Shown one piece after another: positions 19,926-28,244 of a DNA stretch of 64,000 nt. Under the pieces are notes generated by a model, which was not told where the DNA came from, did no database searches, and saw nothing but the letters and a program-made list of their open reading frames with translations. Position numbers and translations under genes: made by a program. Position 1 is the stretch's first letter. Each line of letters begins with the position of its first letter. Source of the DNA: Sedimentisphaerales bacterium (GTDB taxonomy: Bacteria; Planctomycetota; Phycisphaerae; Sedimentisphaerales; UBA12454); contig JAFGGI010000015.1 in assembly GCA_016930635.1 (NCBI GenBank), positions 10,254-74,253 on the forward strand, written 5' to 3'.

Positions 19926-19960
19926 CGGGAGTAAATTATGTCACTAAAAGAAGAATTAAA
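19904..19960 (+). repeat. 57-bp direct repeat, copy 2 (actual marR 5' end)
   Basis: Matches 19161-19217. Confidence 0.95.
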
Positions 19961-20408
19961 GCTGAAAAAGGGATTCGACCTTGTGGAGCATGAGGCCTTG
20001 CTGAATATCTATTATACAACTACATCTTTAAAGAAACGGGCCGATGGGCTTTTTAAGACGCTTGGCCTGACAGATGTCCAGTTTAACGTTTTAATGCTCC
20101 TGCATTACCAGTCGGAAGGCCTGGGCGGTCTTAGCCAGGCACAGTTGAGCGAGATGATGCTGGTCAATCGTGCCAATATTACGACGCTTATAGACAGGAT
20201 GGAAAAAGCCTCTCTTGTTATACGAGAAAATGATCCAGCCGACAGGCGGACGAATATTGTAAAGATGACTGCTAAGGGTAAGAAGCTGTTTGCAAAGGCA
20301 GAACCTTTATACGCCGGGCTCGTAGGAAAAGTGATGAGAGGCTTTAAACAAAACGAATTGAAACAACTGATAAAGGCCCTTGAAAAGGTAAGAGGTAGTA
20401 TCAATTAA
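19938..20408 (+). CDS. MarR-family transcriptional regulator
   Basis: GLTDVQFNVL, LSQAQLS, NITTLIDRME, DPADRR, TAKG. Confidence 0.95.
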   Translation: MSLKEELKLKKGFDLVEHEALLNIYYTTTSLKKRADGLFKTLGLTDVQFNVLMLLHYQSEGLGGLSQAQLSEMMLVNRANITTLIDRMEKASLVIRENDPADRRTNIVKMTAKGKKLFAKAEPLYAGLVGKVMRGFKQNELKQLIKALEKVRGSIN

Positions 20409-20464
20409 GCTGCAGAGGTCACAGAAATATGTTTTTAAAAACGAATAAAAAATTTTTTGGCACA

Positions 20465-20484
20465 ATAGTTAATATATTAACAAT
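20465..20484. promoter_or_regulatory. Putative MarR operator, copy 2
   Basis: atagttaatatattaacaat, near-perfect palindrome, 17/20 identical to 18970-18989. Confidence 0.65.
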
Positions 20485-20506
20485 ATACATAATAACGAAA
20501 GTCAAA

Positions 20507-21142
20507 ATGAAAAGACGAGAGATTACAGTTTATTTGGTTTTAGTAAGCCTGTTTTTGGTGGGATATAATCCTTGTTTGTCTGAGGCGATAGCAAAAAGTG
20601 AGGCCAAAAACAATGCTGCTCGTACAAAAGCATTAGCCAAACTGGAGCAAAAGCTATTAAAACTGAAAGCTGGCTCAACGATTCAAGCTACTAAGAAAGC
20701 ATTTGGTTCACAAGGTATGTATCTATTCACAATTCAAAAAAATGAGCATGATTACTTATGCATACGTTTTTCGGTTGGCGATAATTTTGATAGAGACTGT
20801 GTCGGCTACCCGTATTATAGTGTTTTTGAAGATAAAAAATTATACTCAATTATGGAAGAACTGCCATGTAACTGGGCAAAGAAAGATGAACAAGGTTATT
20901 GGATATCGGATATAACACCGGTTGATCCAAACATTATTTTTTCTACGAGAGGATTATTTGGACAGGACCTTGTTAATTCAATCCGAAAAAATTTCCCGAA
21001 GGAAAAATGTGAATCCAACCTTCCATTACCAATTCCAGTTTTAATAATTTGGTATCCTGCCAGCCAGTTAATTGAATCCATAATGCCAAAACCATCAAAT
21101 TCGAAAGGACAAGTTTTACCGGAAGATTGCAATTTTAAGTAG
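20507..21142 (+). CDS. Hypothetical exported protein
   Basis: MKRREITVYLVLVSLFLVG signal peptide; AT-rich; start set to ATG 20507. Confidence 0.7.
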   Translation: MKRREITVYLVLVSLFLVGYNPCLSEAIAKSEAKNNAARTKALAKLEQKLLKLKAGSTIQATKKAFGSQGMYLFTIQKNEHDYLCIRFSVGDNFDRDCVGYPYYSVFEDKKLYSIMEELPCNWAKKDEQGYWISDITPVDPNIIFSTRGLFGQDLVNSIRKNFPKEKCESNLPLPIPVLIIWYPASQLIESIMPKPSNSKGQVLPEDCNFK

Positions 21143-21164
21143 AGTTTAAAGTAACTTTCTGCAA

Positions 21165-21184
21165 ATAATTAATATGTTAATAAT
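21165..21184. promoter_or_regulatory. Putative MarR operator, copy 3
   Basis: ataattaatatgttaataat, 17/20 identical to 20465-20484 and at nearly the same distance from the next ATG. Confidence 0.55.
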
Positions 21185-21205
21185 ATATAAAGAAGGGACG
21201 AGAAA

Positions 21206-21643
21206 ATGAAAACTACATCTATTAAAACAAGAAATATTATTTTTGGATTGCTGGTTGTATATTTTATTGTGCTGAATGTCTGTCTTATGAGTTGCTGGAG
21301 GTTTTGGGGATACCGGCCGCCTGTCTGGAGTATCGCGGCTTTTATAATTACCTTCGGTATTATGGGAGTGATACTGGCGATACAAACCGTAAAACTAAAA
21401 GGGCCTCTTGTGCAGAGGATATTTTTCATATTGACCGGCATCTCGGCCGCGGCCGTTCCGGTCTGTGCCATTCTGCATAATGTAATTTACGGCCTGTTCT
21501 TCCACGGCAAAGGTGGAGAGGATGAGGTTGTTTTCTTTGTCCTGGCAGTTCTGGTCTTTCCTGCATTGTTTATTCTCGGCTCGCTGGGAGGGATAATATC
21601 AGGGATAACTGGCCGATTGAGAAAAAAGGATATTGCCTGTTAA
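21206..21643 (+). CDS. Hypothetical membrane protein (about 4 TM)
   Basis: Hydrophobic segments, ILHN..YG and GGEDE.FF motifs. Confidence 0.75.
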   Translation: MKTTSIKTRNIIFGLLVVYFIVLNVCLMSCWRFWGYRPPVWSIAAFIITFGIMGVILAIQTVKLKGPLVQRIFFILTGISAAAVPVCAILHNVIYGLFFHGKGGEDEVVFFVLAVLVFPALFILGSLGGIISGITGRLRKKDIAC

Positions 21644-21696
21644 ATTCGGAAAGGTTTAGTATCATATAAGGATGCAAATTTTTGAAAGGAGAAAAA

Positions 21697-22089
21697 ATGT
21701 TTATTACACTATTAGTTGCGACTTTTGTTATTGCCTTTGTCGTTTCGACTATTGTGGTTTTATTCTTCAGCAAGCCGGCGGACAAAATCCTCAACCGTAT
21801 TATCTCAGATGCGATAAGCACTGCGTGGTCGAAGTATCTTAAGTTCGCCATATACGTAACCGGCATCTCCAGCGGCGTGAGGATCTGGGATCTTGAAAAA
21901 TACATTACCAGGCAGAACTTCGAAGGCAGTGAGGTGATTCAGCTTACCGCCGAGCGCTGGGTATTCGAGATCTATCGAACAGTGATCGGCACGCTCAGTG
22001 GTATTGCATGGATGCTTCTGGTCTTCTTTATCTTTGCACTGGTGGCCTATGTCGTCGTCCGCGCTTTTGAATTGAAAAAACAAGGTTAA
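21697..22089 (+). CDS. Hypothetical membrane protein (about 3 TM)
   Basis: AGGAG RBS before ATG 21697; hydrophobic segments; WSKYLKFAIYVTGISSGVR. Confidence 0.75.
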   Translation: MFITLLVATFVIAFVVSTIVVLFFSKPADKILNRIISDAISTAWSKYLKFAIYVTGISSGVRIWDLEKYITRQNFEGSEVIQLTAERWVFEIYRTVIGTLSGIAWMLLVFFIFALVAYVVVRAFELKKQG

Positions 22090-22091
22090 GA

Positions 22092-22982
22092 ATGATTGAT
22101 AACGACTACTTTGATTCGGCCCGGGATTATTTAGAGTTTTATGATTTGACCGACGCTAATGTCAGTTATGAACTTGTGCCGTTTGAGTCTGGCCAGTTTA
22201 AACTGGCGGGGCATATATTTAATCCCGGCGATTATAAGGCAACGGTTATTCTTATTCACGGCTTTATGGGTCATACAGGCCTGATGAGTAAGCTTATCAG
22301 GTATCTTATAGAAGCTGGATACGCAGTTGCAGCTTTCGATCTACCCGGCCATGGCCTGTCCAGCGGGGAGCGTACCGCTATTGACGATTTTTCGCAATAC
22401 AGCGATTCGCTAAGTGATTTTGTTGATGTTGTAAAGGAACGGCTCGATGGGCCTTATCATTTAATAGGTTTCAGTACCGGAGCCTCGACGATAATGGAAT
22501 ATCTCTCTTCAGGTAAAAAAGACTGCTTTGATAAGATGATCTTTGCTGTCCCTCTGGTCAGAAGTACACACTGGTTCAAGGCGAAGATCAGCTATCAGAT
22601 GTACAAACTGTTTTTTGATGATGTTGCCAGGCCCTATCGCAAGATATCGTCGGATAAGGATTTTATACGATTCGTCCAGTATGAAGATCCGATGAGTGCG
22701 AGAAAAGTTTCTCTAAAATGGGTGAAAGCACTTTTCAAATGGAACAGGAAAATGGCGGATGTGCCGACTGTTAATAGAGAGATACTGATAGTTCAGGGCA
22801 AAAAAGACAAGACCGTAGCGTGGGAATATAACGTAGAATTTATCCAGTCGAAATTCAATAATGCCCAAATAAAATTTATTCCAAAAGCACGACACGAAAT
22901 ATTCAACGAATCAGAAAAAATAAGACAGGAAGTATTTTTAACAATAGGCAATTATCTTGAGAATAAAGGCAGCAGTGATTAA
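22092..22982 (+). CDS. Alpha/beta hydrolase, lysophospholipase or monoglyceride lipase type
   Basis: IHGF..H, FDLPGHGLSSG.R, GFSTG nucleophile, D.TV, RHEIFNE. Confidence 0.9.
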   Translation: MIDNDYFDSARDYLEFYDLTDANVSYELVPFESGQFKLAGHIFNPGDYKATVILIHGFMGHTGLMSKLIRYLIEAGYAVAAFDLPGHGLSSGERTAIDDFSQYSDSLSDFVDVVKERLDGPYHLIGFSTGASTIMEYLSSGKKDCFDKMIFAVPLVRSTHWFKAKISYQMYKLFFDDVARPYRKISSDKDFIRFVQYEDPMSARKVSLKWVKALFKWNRKMADVPTVNREILIVQGKKDKTVAWEYNVEFIQSKFNNAQIKFIPKARHEIFNESEKIRQEVFLTIGNYLENKGSSD

Positions 22983-23021
22983 AATTAAAATCCGGAGATT
23001 TATAGAAAAGATGTCCAATTG

Positions 23022-23116
23022 TGTCATTGCGAGCTTGCCCCTTAGGGGCGGGCGAAGCAATCTCAGGACTCAGAATTGGGATTGCCGCAGTCGCCTCCGG
23101 CTTCTTCGCAATGACA
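23022..23116. repeat. Palindromic element of GTCATTGCGAG...TCGCAATGAC type with nested hairpin
   Basis: tgtcattgcga/tcgcaatgaca termini, inner gcaatc/gattgc, nested gcccc-tta-ggggc. Confidence 0.8.
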
Positions 23117-23158
23117 ATGGTAATGTTTTCTACAAAGCAAGATATGGAGATTTGTGGG

Positions 23159-26100
23159 ATGAATTCGATGGGAACGAAGACAGGTATCTCGTTTAAGTGG
23201 CTCAACGCTACACAGTTTCTCGGTGCGCTTAACGATAATATTTTCAAGCTTTTGACGATTCTGTTTTTGATAAAGCTGCAGGGTGCATCGTCGGCGAGCA
23301 ATATAACGGCACTTGCCGGGGCGATTTTTGTTGTGCCTTTCCTGCTTTTCGCAGCATTTGCGGGCAAATTAGCTGACCAGTTCAGTAAACGGAACATAAT
23401 TATCTGGACTAAAGGCACAGAAGTTGGGGTAATGACCCTCGGCTGTATTGCATTTCTTATGGGAAGTACATTCGGTCTTTATGCGGTATTATTTTTGATG
23501 GCTGCGCAGAGCACGTTTTTCGCACCGGCCAAATATGGAGTTATCCCCGAACTGGTCGAAACCGAACAATTGTCAAAGGCAAACGGTTCGCTGGAGGCTC
23601 TGACGTATTTAGCTATTGTCATAGGAACCGCACTGGGGCCGTTTTTGTCGCAGGTAACAGATGGCAATTTCATATTGATGGGAACGATCTGCATTGTGGT
23701 TGCGGCTTTGGGTTTTGCGACAAGTTTTCTGATAGAACGAACACCTGCGGCCGGGGCCAGCGGAAAAGCATCGATATTTTTCCTTCGCGACATCTGGCAA
23801 ACGATGCGGAGTATCCGCAAGGATAGGGACCTGTTCTTAGCTGTAATTGCATCGGCATATTTTTTGCTGATAGGCGGCTTTATCTATTCGAATCTCATTC
23901 CTTACGGGATAAGACACCTTGGGCTGTCTGAGGTGCAAAGCGGATATTTGTTTGTCATCACGGCAACGGGTATCGGTATCGGTGCATTGCTGGCGGGCAG
24001 GCTCTCAGGCAGGAATGTAGAATTCGGTGTCGTACCTTTAGGGGCAATTGGAATGACGGCGGCATCGGTCTGGCTTGGTTTCATACCGGGGCTTTATGTT
24101 ACCTTTGTGCTGGTCTTTATAATGGGGGCAAGTGCTGGATTATTCATTGTTCCTATTCATACCTTTATTCAGTTCCAAAGTCCCGCTGCCCAGCGAGGCC
24201 AGATACTTGCTGCATCGAACTTTTTAGGCTGGGTTGGCGTGCTTTTCGCTTCCGGCCTGATCTATTTATTTGCCAGCGTTTGGAAGTTGTCGGCATCACA
24301 GATGTTTGTGATTTTGGGCCTGATGACGGTTATACCAACACTTGCGACGATTACCCTGCTGCCGGACTTTCTTGTTCGTTTCCTGTGCATACTGCTTACG
24401 CGGTTCTGCTATAGCATTAAAATCTACGGCATTGAAAATGTTCCTATTAATAAGAGCGCTCTGCTGGTCTGCAATCATGTCTCCTGGGTAGATGCGCTGA
24501 TAGTGGCATCGACTCAGCAAAGGCGTGTCCGTTTTATTATGGAAAAGCGCTTTTACAATAAATGGTGGCTAAAGCCCATCGTTAAACTGATGAGAGTTAT
24601 CCCTATATCAGCCAAGGATTCACCCAAAAAGATCGTTGCCTCGCTTAGAGATGCCCGCTCAGCGATGGATGAGGGATATCTGGTATGCATATTTGCAGAG
24701 GGTATGGTGACCCGCAGCGGTATGATGGGAAGATTCAAAAGCGGATTCGAGCGGATAATAAAAAACAGCGATTATGAGATCATCCCCGTTTACCTGGGCG
24801 GGCTATGGGGCAGTATCTTCAGCTATTACAGCGGCAAGATTTTATCGACACTGCCCAGAAGATTTCCATATCCTGTGTCGATTCATTTCGGCAGGCCCTT
24901 ACCTACGAATTCATCAGCCAGTGAAATAAGACAAAAAGTTGCTGAGCTTTCCTGTGATTATTTTGACAGTTTAAAATCGCCGCAGAGGTCACTGGTCTAT
25001 TATTTTATCAAAGCGGCTCGGGCGAATTGGCGAAAAAGATGTCTGTCAGATTCTATCGGCAAACGTCTTAACTACGGCCAGACATTTACAGCAGGTCTTG
25101 CACTTGCTGAAGAAGTAAACAAACTTACAGAAGCCGGTGAGAACGTGGGAATACTTCTGCCGTCATCTGTAGGCGGAGCACTTGCCAATTTAGCAGTAAC
25201 TATGTCGAACAGGGTTTCGGTCAATCTGAACTATACCGCCTCTGAAGAGATAATGAAGTACTCCGTCGAACAGTGCGGCATAAAGTGCATTATATCGTCG
25301 CGAAAATTTATAGAAAAAATAGGATTGACCGGCAAGTTAGATAATGTAGTTTTTCTCGAAGACCTTGCAGCTAAAATCGATAAGCAGGCAAAAATCAAAG
25401 CGTATTTAAAAGCGAGATTTTTGCCGGTGCCGCTTTTGACCGGGAATATGCGATGCAATGATGAACTTGCAACAATTATCTTTTCTTCCGGCTCCAGCGG
25501 CAGGCCGAAAGGCATTATGCTCAGCCATCATAATATTATTTCGAACAGCCAGGCTGTACGTATGATAGTTCGAATAAAGCCTGACGACAACCTCTGCGGC
25601 GTGCTGCCTTTCTTCCACTCCTTCGGATTCAACTGCAGTTTATGGCTGCCTCTTATCAGCGGTGTCTCTGTCAGCTATATAGTCAATCCGCTCGATGCAC
25701 CGGCGGTAGGTAAAAGCGTGCGGGAAAATCACTCGACGATTTTGTTTGCGCCGCCGACGTTTCTTTCAAAATATGTCAGGCGTGTTGAAAAGGAAGACTT
25801 TACCTCTCTGCGGCTGGTAGCTGTAGGAGCGGAAAAACTCAAGGAGACCCTTGCCGATGCGTTCGAAGAAAAATTCGGCATCAAATTGATGGAAGGTTAC
25901 GGAGCTACGGAGCTTTCGCCGGTGGCGTCTTTGAATATTCCTGACGTTCAGATCGGCAGTGTGCGTCAGAAAGGTACTAAGGAAAGCTCTGTTGGCAGTC
26001 CCATTCCGGGTGTAGCGGCAAAGATAGTTAATCCTGAGACACGGCAGCCCTTGCCGCCTGGCGAAGAAGGCCTGATATTGGTAAAAGGACCGAACGTTAT

Positions 26101-26572
26101 GCAGGGCTATCTTAATATGGAAGAAAAAACCAGCGAAGTGCTAAAGGACGGCTGGTACGACTCCGGCGATATAGGTTATATCGATGCCAACGGCTTTTTA
26201 ACCATTACCGACAGGCTGTCGCGATTCAGCAAAATAGGCGGCGAAATGGTTCCGCACATCGGCGTCGAAGAAGCGTTCGGCAATGCTCTTGGCACAAGCG
26301 AACAGTTAGTTGCCATAACATCTGTGCCGGATGAAAAAAAAGGCGAAGAACTTGTTGTACTTCATCTGCCCAAGGCAGGTTCTGCTAAAGAACTGCATAA
26401 GCTTATCTCGCAAAGCTCTGTACCGAACCTCTGGAAACCCAAAGCAGATAACTATATCGAAATAGAAGAAATGCCCACGCTCGGCAGCGGAAAATTAGAT
26501 ATATGCAAACTGAAAGAAATCGCATTAGAGGCGAAAAAGTCTAAGCGAAAATGGTTTGGCCTGAGGAAATAG
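23159..26572 (+). CDS. aas: Aas-like trifunctional protein: MFS (LplT-like), PlsC acyltransferase and acyl-ACP synthetase
   Basis: TQFLGALNDN MFS start, NHVSWVD, IFAEG, FSSGSSGRPKG, EGYGATE, DRLSRFSKIGGEMV; GGAG before ATG 23159. Confidence 0.9.
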   Translation: MNSMGTKTGISFKWLNATQFLGALNDNIFKLLTILFLIKLQGASSASNITALAGAIFVVPFLLFAAFAGKLADQFSKRNIIIWTKGTEVGVMTLGCIAFLMGSTFGLYAVLFLMAAQSTFFAPAKYGVIPELVETEQLSKANGSLEALTYLAIVIGTALGPFLSQVTDGNFILMGTICIVVAALGFATSFLIERTPAAGASGKASIFFLRDIWQTMRSIRKDRDLFLAVIASAYFLLIGGFIYSNLIPYGIRHLGLSEVQSGYLFVITATGIGIGALLAGRLSGRNVEFGVVPLGAIGMTAASVWLGFIPGLYVTFVLVFIMGASAGLFIVPIHTFIQFQSPAAQRGQILAASNFLGWVGVLFASGLIYLFASVWKLSASQMFVILGLMTVIPTLATITLLPDFLVRFLCILLTRFCYSIKIYGIENVPINKSALLVCNHVSWVDALIVASTQQRRVRFIMEKRFYNKWWLKPIVKLMRVIPISAKDSPKKIVASLRDARSAMDEGYLVCIFAEGMVTRSGMMGRFKSGFERIIKNSDYEIIPVYLGGLWGSIFSYYSGKILSTLPRRFPYPVSIHFGRPLPTNSSASEIRQKVAELSCDYFDSLKSPQRSLVYYFIKAARANWRKRCLSDSIGKRLNYGQTFTAGLALAEEVNKLTEAGENVGILLPSSVGGALANLAVTMSNRVSVNLNYTASEEIMKYSVEQCGIKCIISSRKFIEKIGLTGKLDNVVFLEDLAAKIDKQAKIKAYLKARFLPVPLLTGNMRCNDELATIIFSSGSSGRPKGIMLSHHNIISNSQAVRMIVRIKPDDNLCGVLPFFHSFGFNCSLWLPLISGVSVSYIVNPLDAPAVGKSVRENHSTILFAPPTFLSKYVRRVEKEDFTSLRLVAVGAEKLKETLADAFEEKFGIKLMEGYGATELSPVASLNIPDVQIGSVRQKGTKESSVGSPIPGVAAKIVNPETRQPLPPGEEGLILVKGPNVMQGYLNMEEKTSEVLKDGWYDSGDIGYIDANGFLTITDRLSRFSKIGGEMVPHIGVEEAFGNALGTSEQLVAITSVPDEKKGEELVVLHLPKAGSAKELHKLISQSSVPNLWKPKADNYIEIEEMPTLGSGKLDICKLKEIALEAKKSKRKWFGLRK

Positions 26573-26595
26573 AAAACCTGGATTGAAGATAAAAT

Positions 26596-27624
26596 ATGAA
26601 AATACAAAAAACAACTTTGGTTTTAGCTGCTTTATGTCTGATGATATTTTCGTGCAGCAAAATCTTTGCCGATGTGGAGATTAATCAAAAAGTTGCCGAC
26701 ATTCTCGAATCTTCCGGTTTAAACGAATGGTTGTCTTCACCAATAAATGTCTCAAAAGAAGAAAGCGGAATTATCTCTATTGTTGATAAGAGCAATTTTC
26801 TCAAGCAATATCTCGTCTCTGACCAAAATGCGATTGCAGAACCCAATATAATAATAGATCCGAATGTACAAATACCATCAACCTGTGACAAAATTGTGAT
26901 AATAACTCATGGCTGGGTGGAAAAAGCTGAGGATGAAATATCGGCCAAAATCGCTGACGCAATAAATTCCAAAACCGATCCGAATGAATGGGTCTGCGGA
27001 TATTTCGACTGGCGGGGTGGCTCGAGATCTGCAAGTCCCGTTAGTTCATCTATGTACGCCAGAGATGTTGCCGGGCCTCGATTAGCCGGAGCTGTTTTGA
27101 AACTCGGCAAATTCAAACATATCCATTTAATCAGTTTTTCTGCCGGAAGCTGGGTAATAGATAGTGCTGCAAAAATGATTGCCAAAGAAACAGATGCACA
27201 GATTCACTTAACTTTTCTCGATGCGTATGTGCCGATAGAATGGGACGAATCCGAACTTGGAAATTTTGGAAAATCAAAATCCTGCTGGGTCGAACATTAT
27301 TACGCTAAAGACATAACTCTTGATTGTACCGAAGTAAATCTTACAAATGCATACAATGTTAACATAACAAAAATCGATCCGGGAATATCGGGACATAAAT
27401 TTCCATTGTTTTGGTATTTAGCAACTATAAATGGTAAATATAGAGCCGATGGCTTAAGAAGATGGGGCAAATTATTTAATGAGCACAAGGGATTAAAGTA
27501 TGGTTTTGCCAGGAGCCTGGAATCAGGTCAGGAAAATTGGACCGAGAGCCTGACTCTGCAAAGAGGCAGTAAAGCGGTAGAACTAAAAAAACCTGGCAAA
27601 AAATGGTTTGGTCTGAAAAAATGA
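26596..27624 (+). CDS. Secreted alpha/beta-hydrolase-fold (lipase-like) protein
   Basis: Signal peptide, ITHGW, HLISFSAG elbow, LTFLDAY, GHKFP. Confidence 0.7.
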   Translation: MKIQKTTLVLAALCLMIFSCSKIFADVEINQKVADILESSGLNEWLSSPINVSKEESGIISIVDKSNFLKQYLVSDQNAIAEPNIIIDPNVQIPSTCDKIVIITHGWVEKAEDEISAKIADAINSKTDPNEWVCGYFDWRGGSRSASPVSSSMYARDVAGPRLAGAVLKLGKFKHIHLISFSAGSWVIDSAAKMIAKETDAQIHLTFLDAYVPIEWDESELGNFGKSKSCWVEHYYAKDITLDCTEVNLTNAYNVNITKIDPGISGHKFPLFWYLATINGKYRADGLRRWGKLFNEHKGLKYGFARSLESGQENWTESLTLQRGSKAVELKKPGKKWFGLKK

Positions 27625-27647
27625 CAATTTTACTATGGTGATGTGCC

Positions 27648-28244
27648 ATGATTTACGGCAAAGAACTTTTAGTGATATTTTTGAGCTATGTGCTTGGATG
27701 TATTTCCACGGGTTATTATTTAACATTACTCATCGCCGGCAAGGATATCAGGGTCTGCGGTAGCAGCAGTACCGGAGCCAGGAATGTCGGACGAGTATTA
27801 GGTAAAAAAGGTTTCGTTCTCGTATTTTTTATCGATGTGGTCAAGGGTATGTTTGTTGCATGGCTGGGAACGGTTACGCAGATTTGCCATTGGGCAGTAT
27901 TGGCCTGTCTGGTTGCCGTTTTGCTTGGACATATCCGGCCGATTCAATTGAATTTTCACGGCGGTAAAGGATTAGCCATTGCGATCGGTTTTTTACTGGT
28001 ATTCGATTATTGGATAATCATATGGGCAGGAGTGATTTTCTGTTTATGCATGTTTGTTTTAAAGAAGTATGAATTAAGCGCCTTTATTGCCATAGCAATA
28101 TCACCTTTGATTACTATTTTAACGGGACATTCGCCTATGGATATTTTAGGGGTTACAATTGCTGCTGTTGTTATATTGCAGGCTCACAGGCGAAATGTAA
28201 TCAGGTTTCTGCAGGAAATTTCTGCAAAGAAGGTGGGGTTATGA
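27648..28244 (+). CDS. plsY: PlsY-family acyl-phosphate acyltransferase
   Basis: SYVLG, DIR..GS..GA.N, D..KG, GH..P..FHGGKG, HRRN. Confidence 0.88.
   Translation: MIYGKELLVIFLSYVLGCISTGYYLTLLIAGKDIRVCGSSSTGARNVGRVLGKKGFVLVFFIDVVKGMFVAWLGTVTQICHWAVLACLVAVLLGHIRPIQLNFHGGKGLAIAIGFLLVFDYWIIIWAGVIFCLCMFVLKKYELSAFIAIAISPLITILTGHSPMDILGVTIAAVVILQAHRRNVIRFLQEISAKKVGL

Noticed and set aside
19080-19960. CRISPR array
   Set aside because: Only two long repeats 743 bp apart enclosing a gene; no regular repeat-spacer period and no cas genes
17200-23000. Integron cassette array
   Set aside because: No integrase, and the palindromes lack the RYYYAAC...GTTRRRY attC ends
23021-23158. N-terminal extension of Aas given in the ORF track
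   Set aside because: Translation of the palindromic element; an RBS supports ATG 23159
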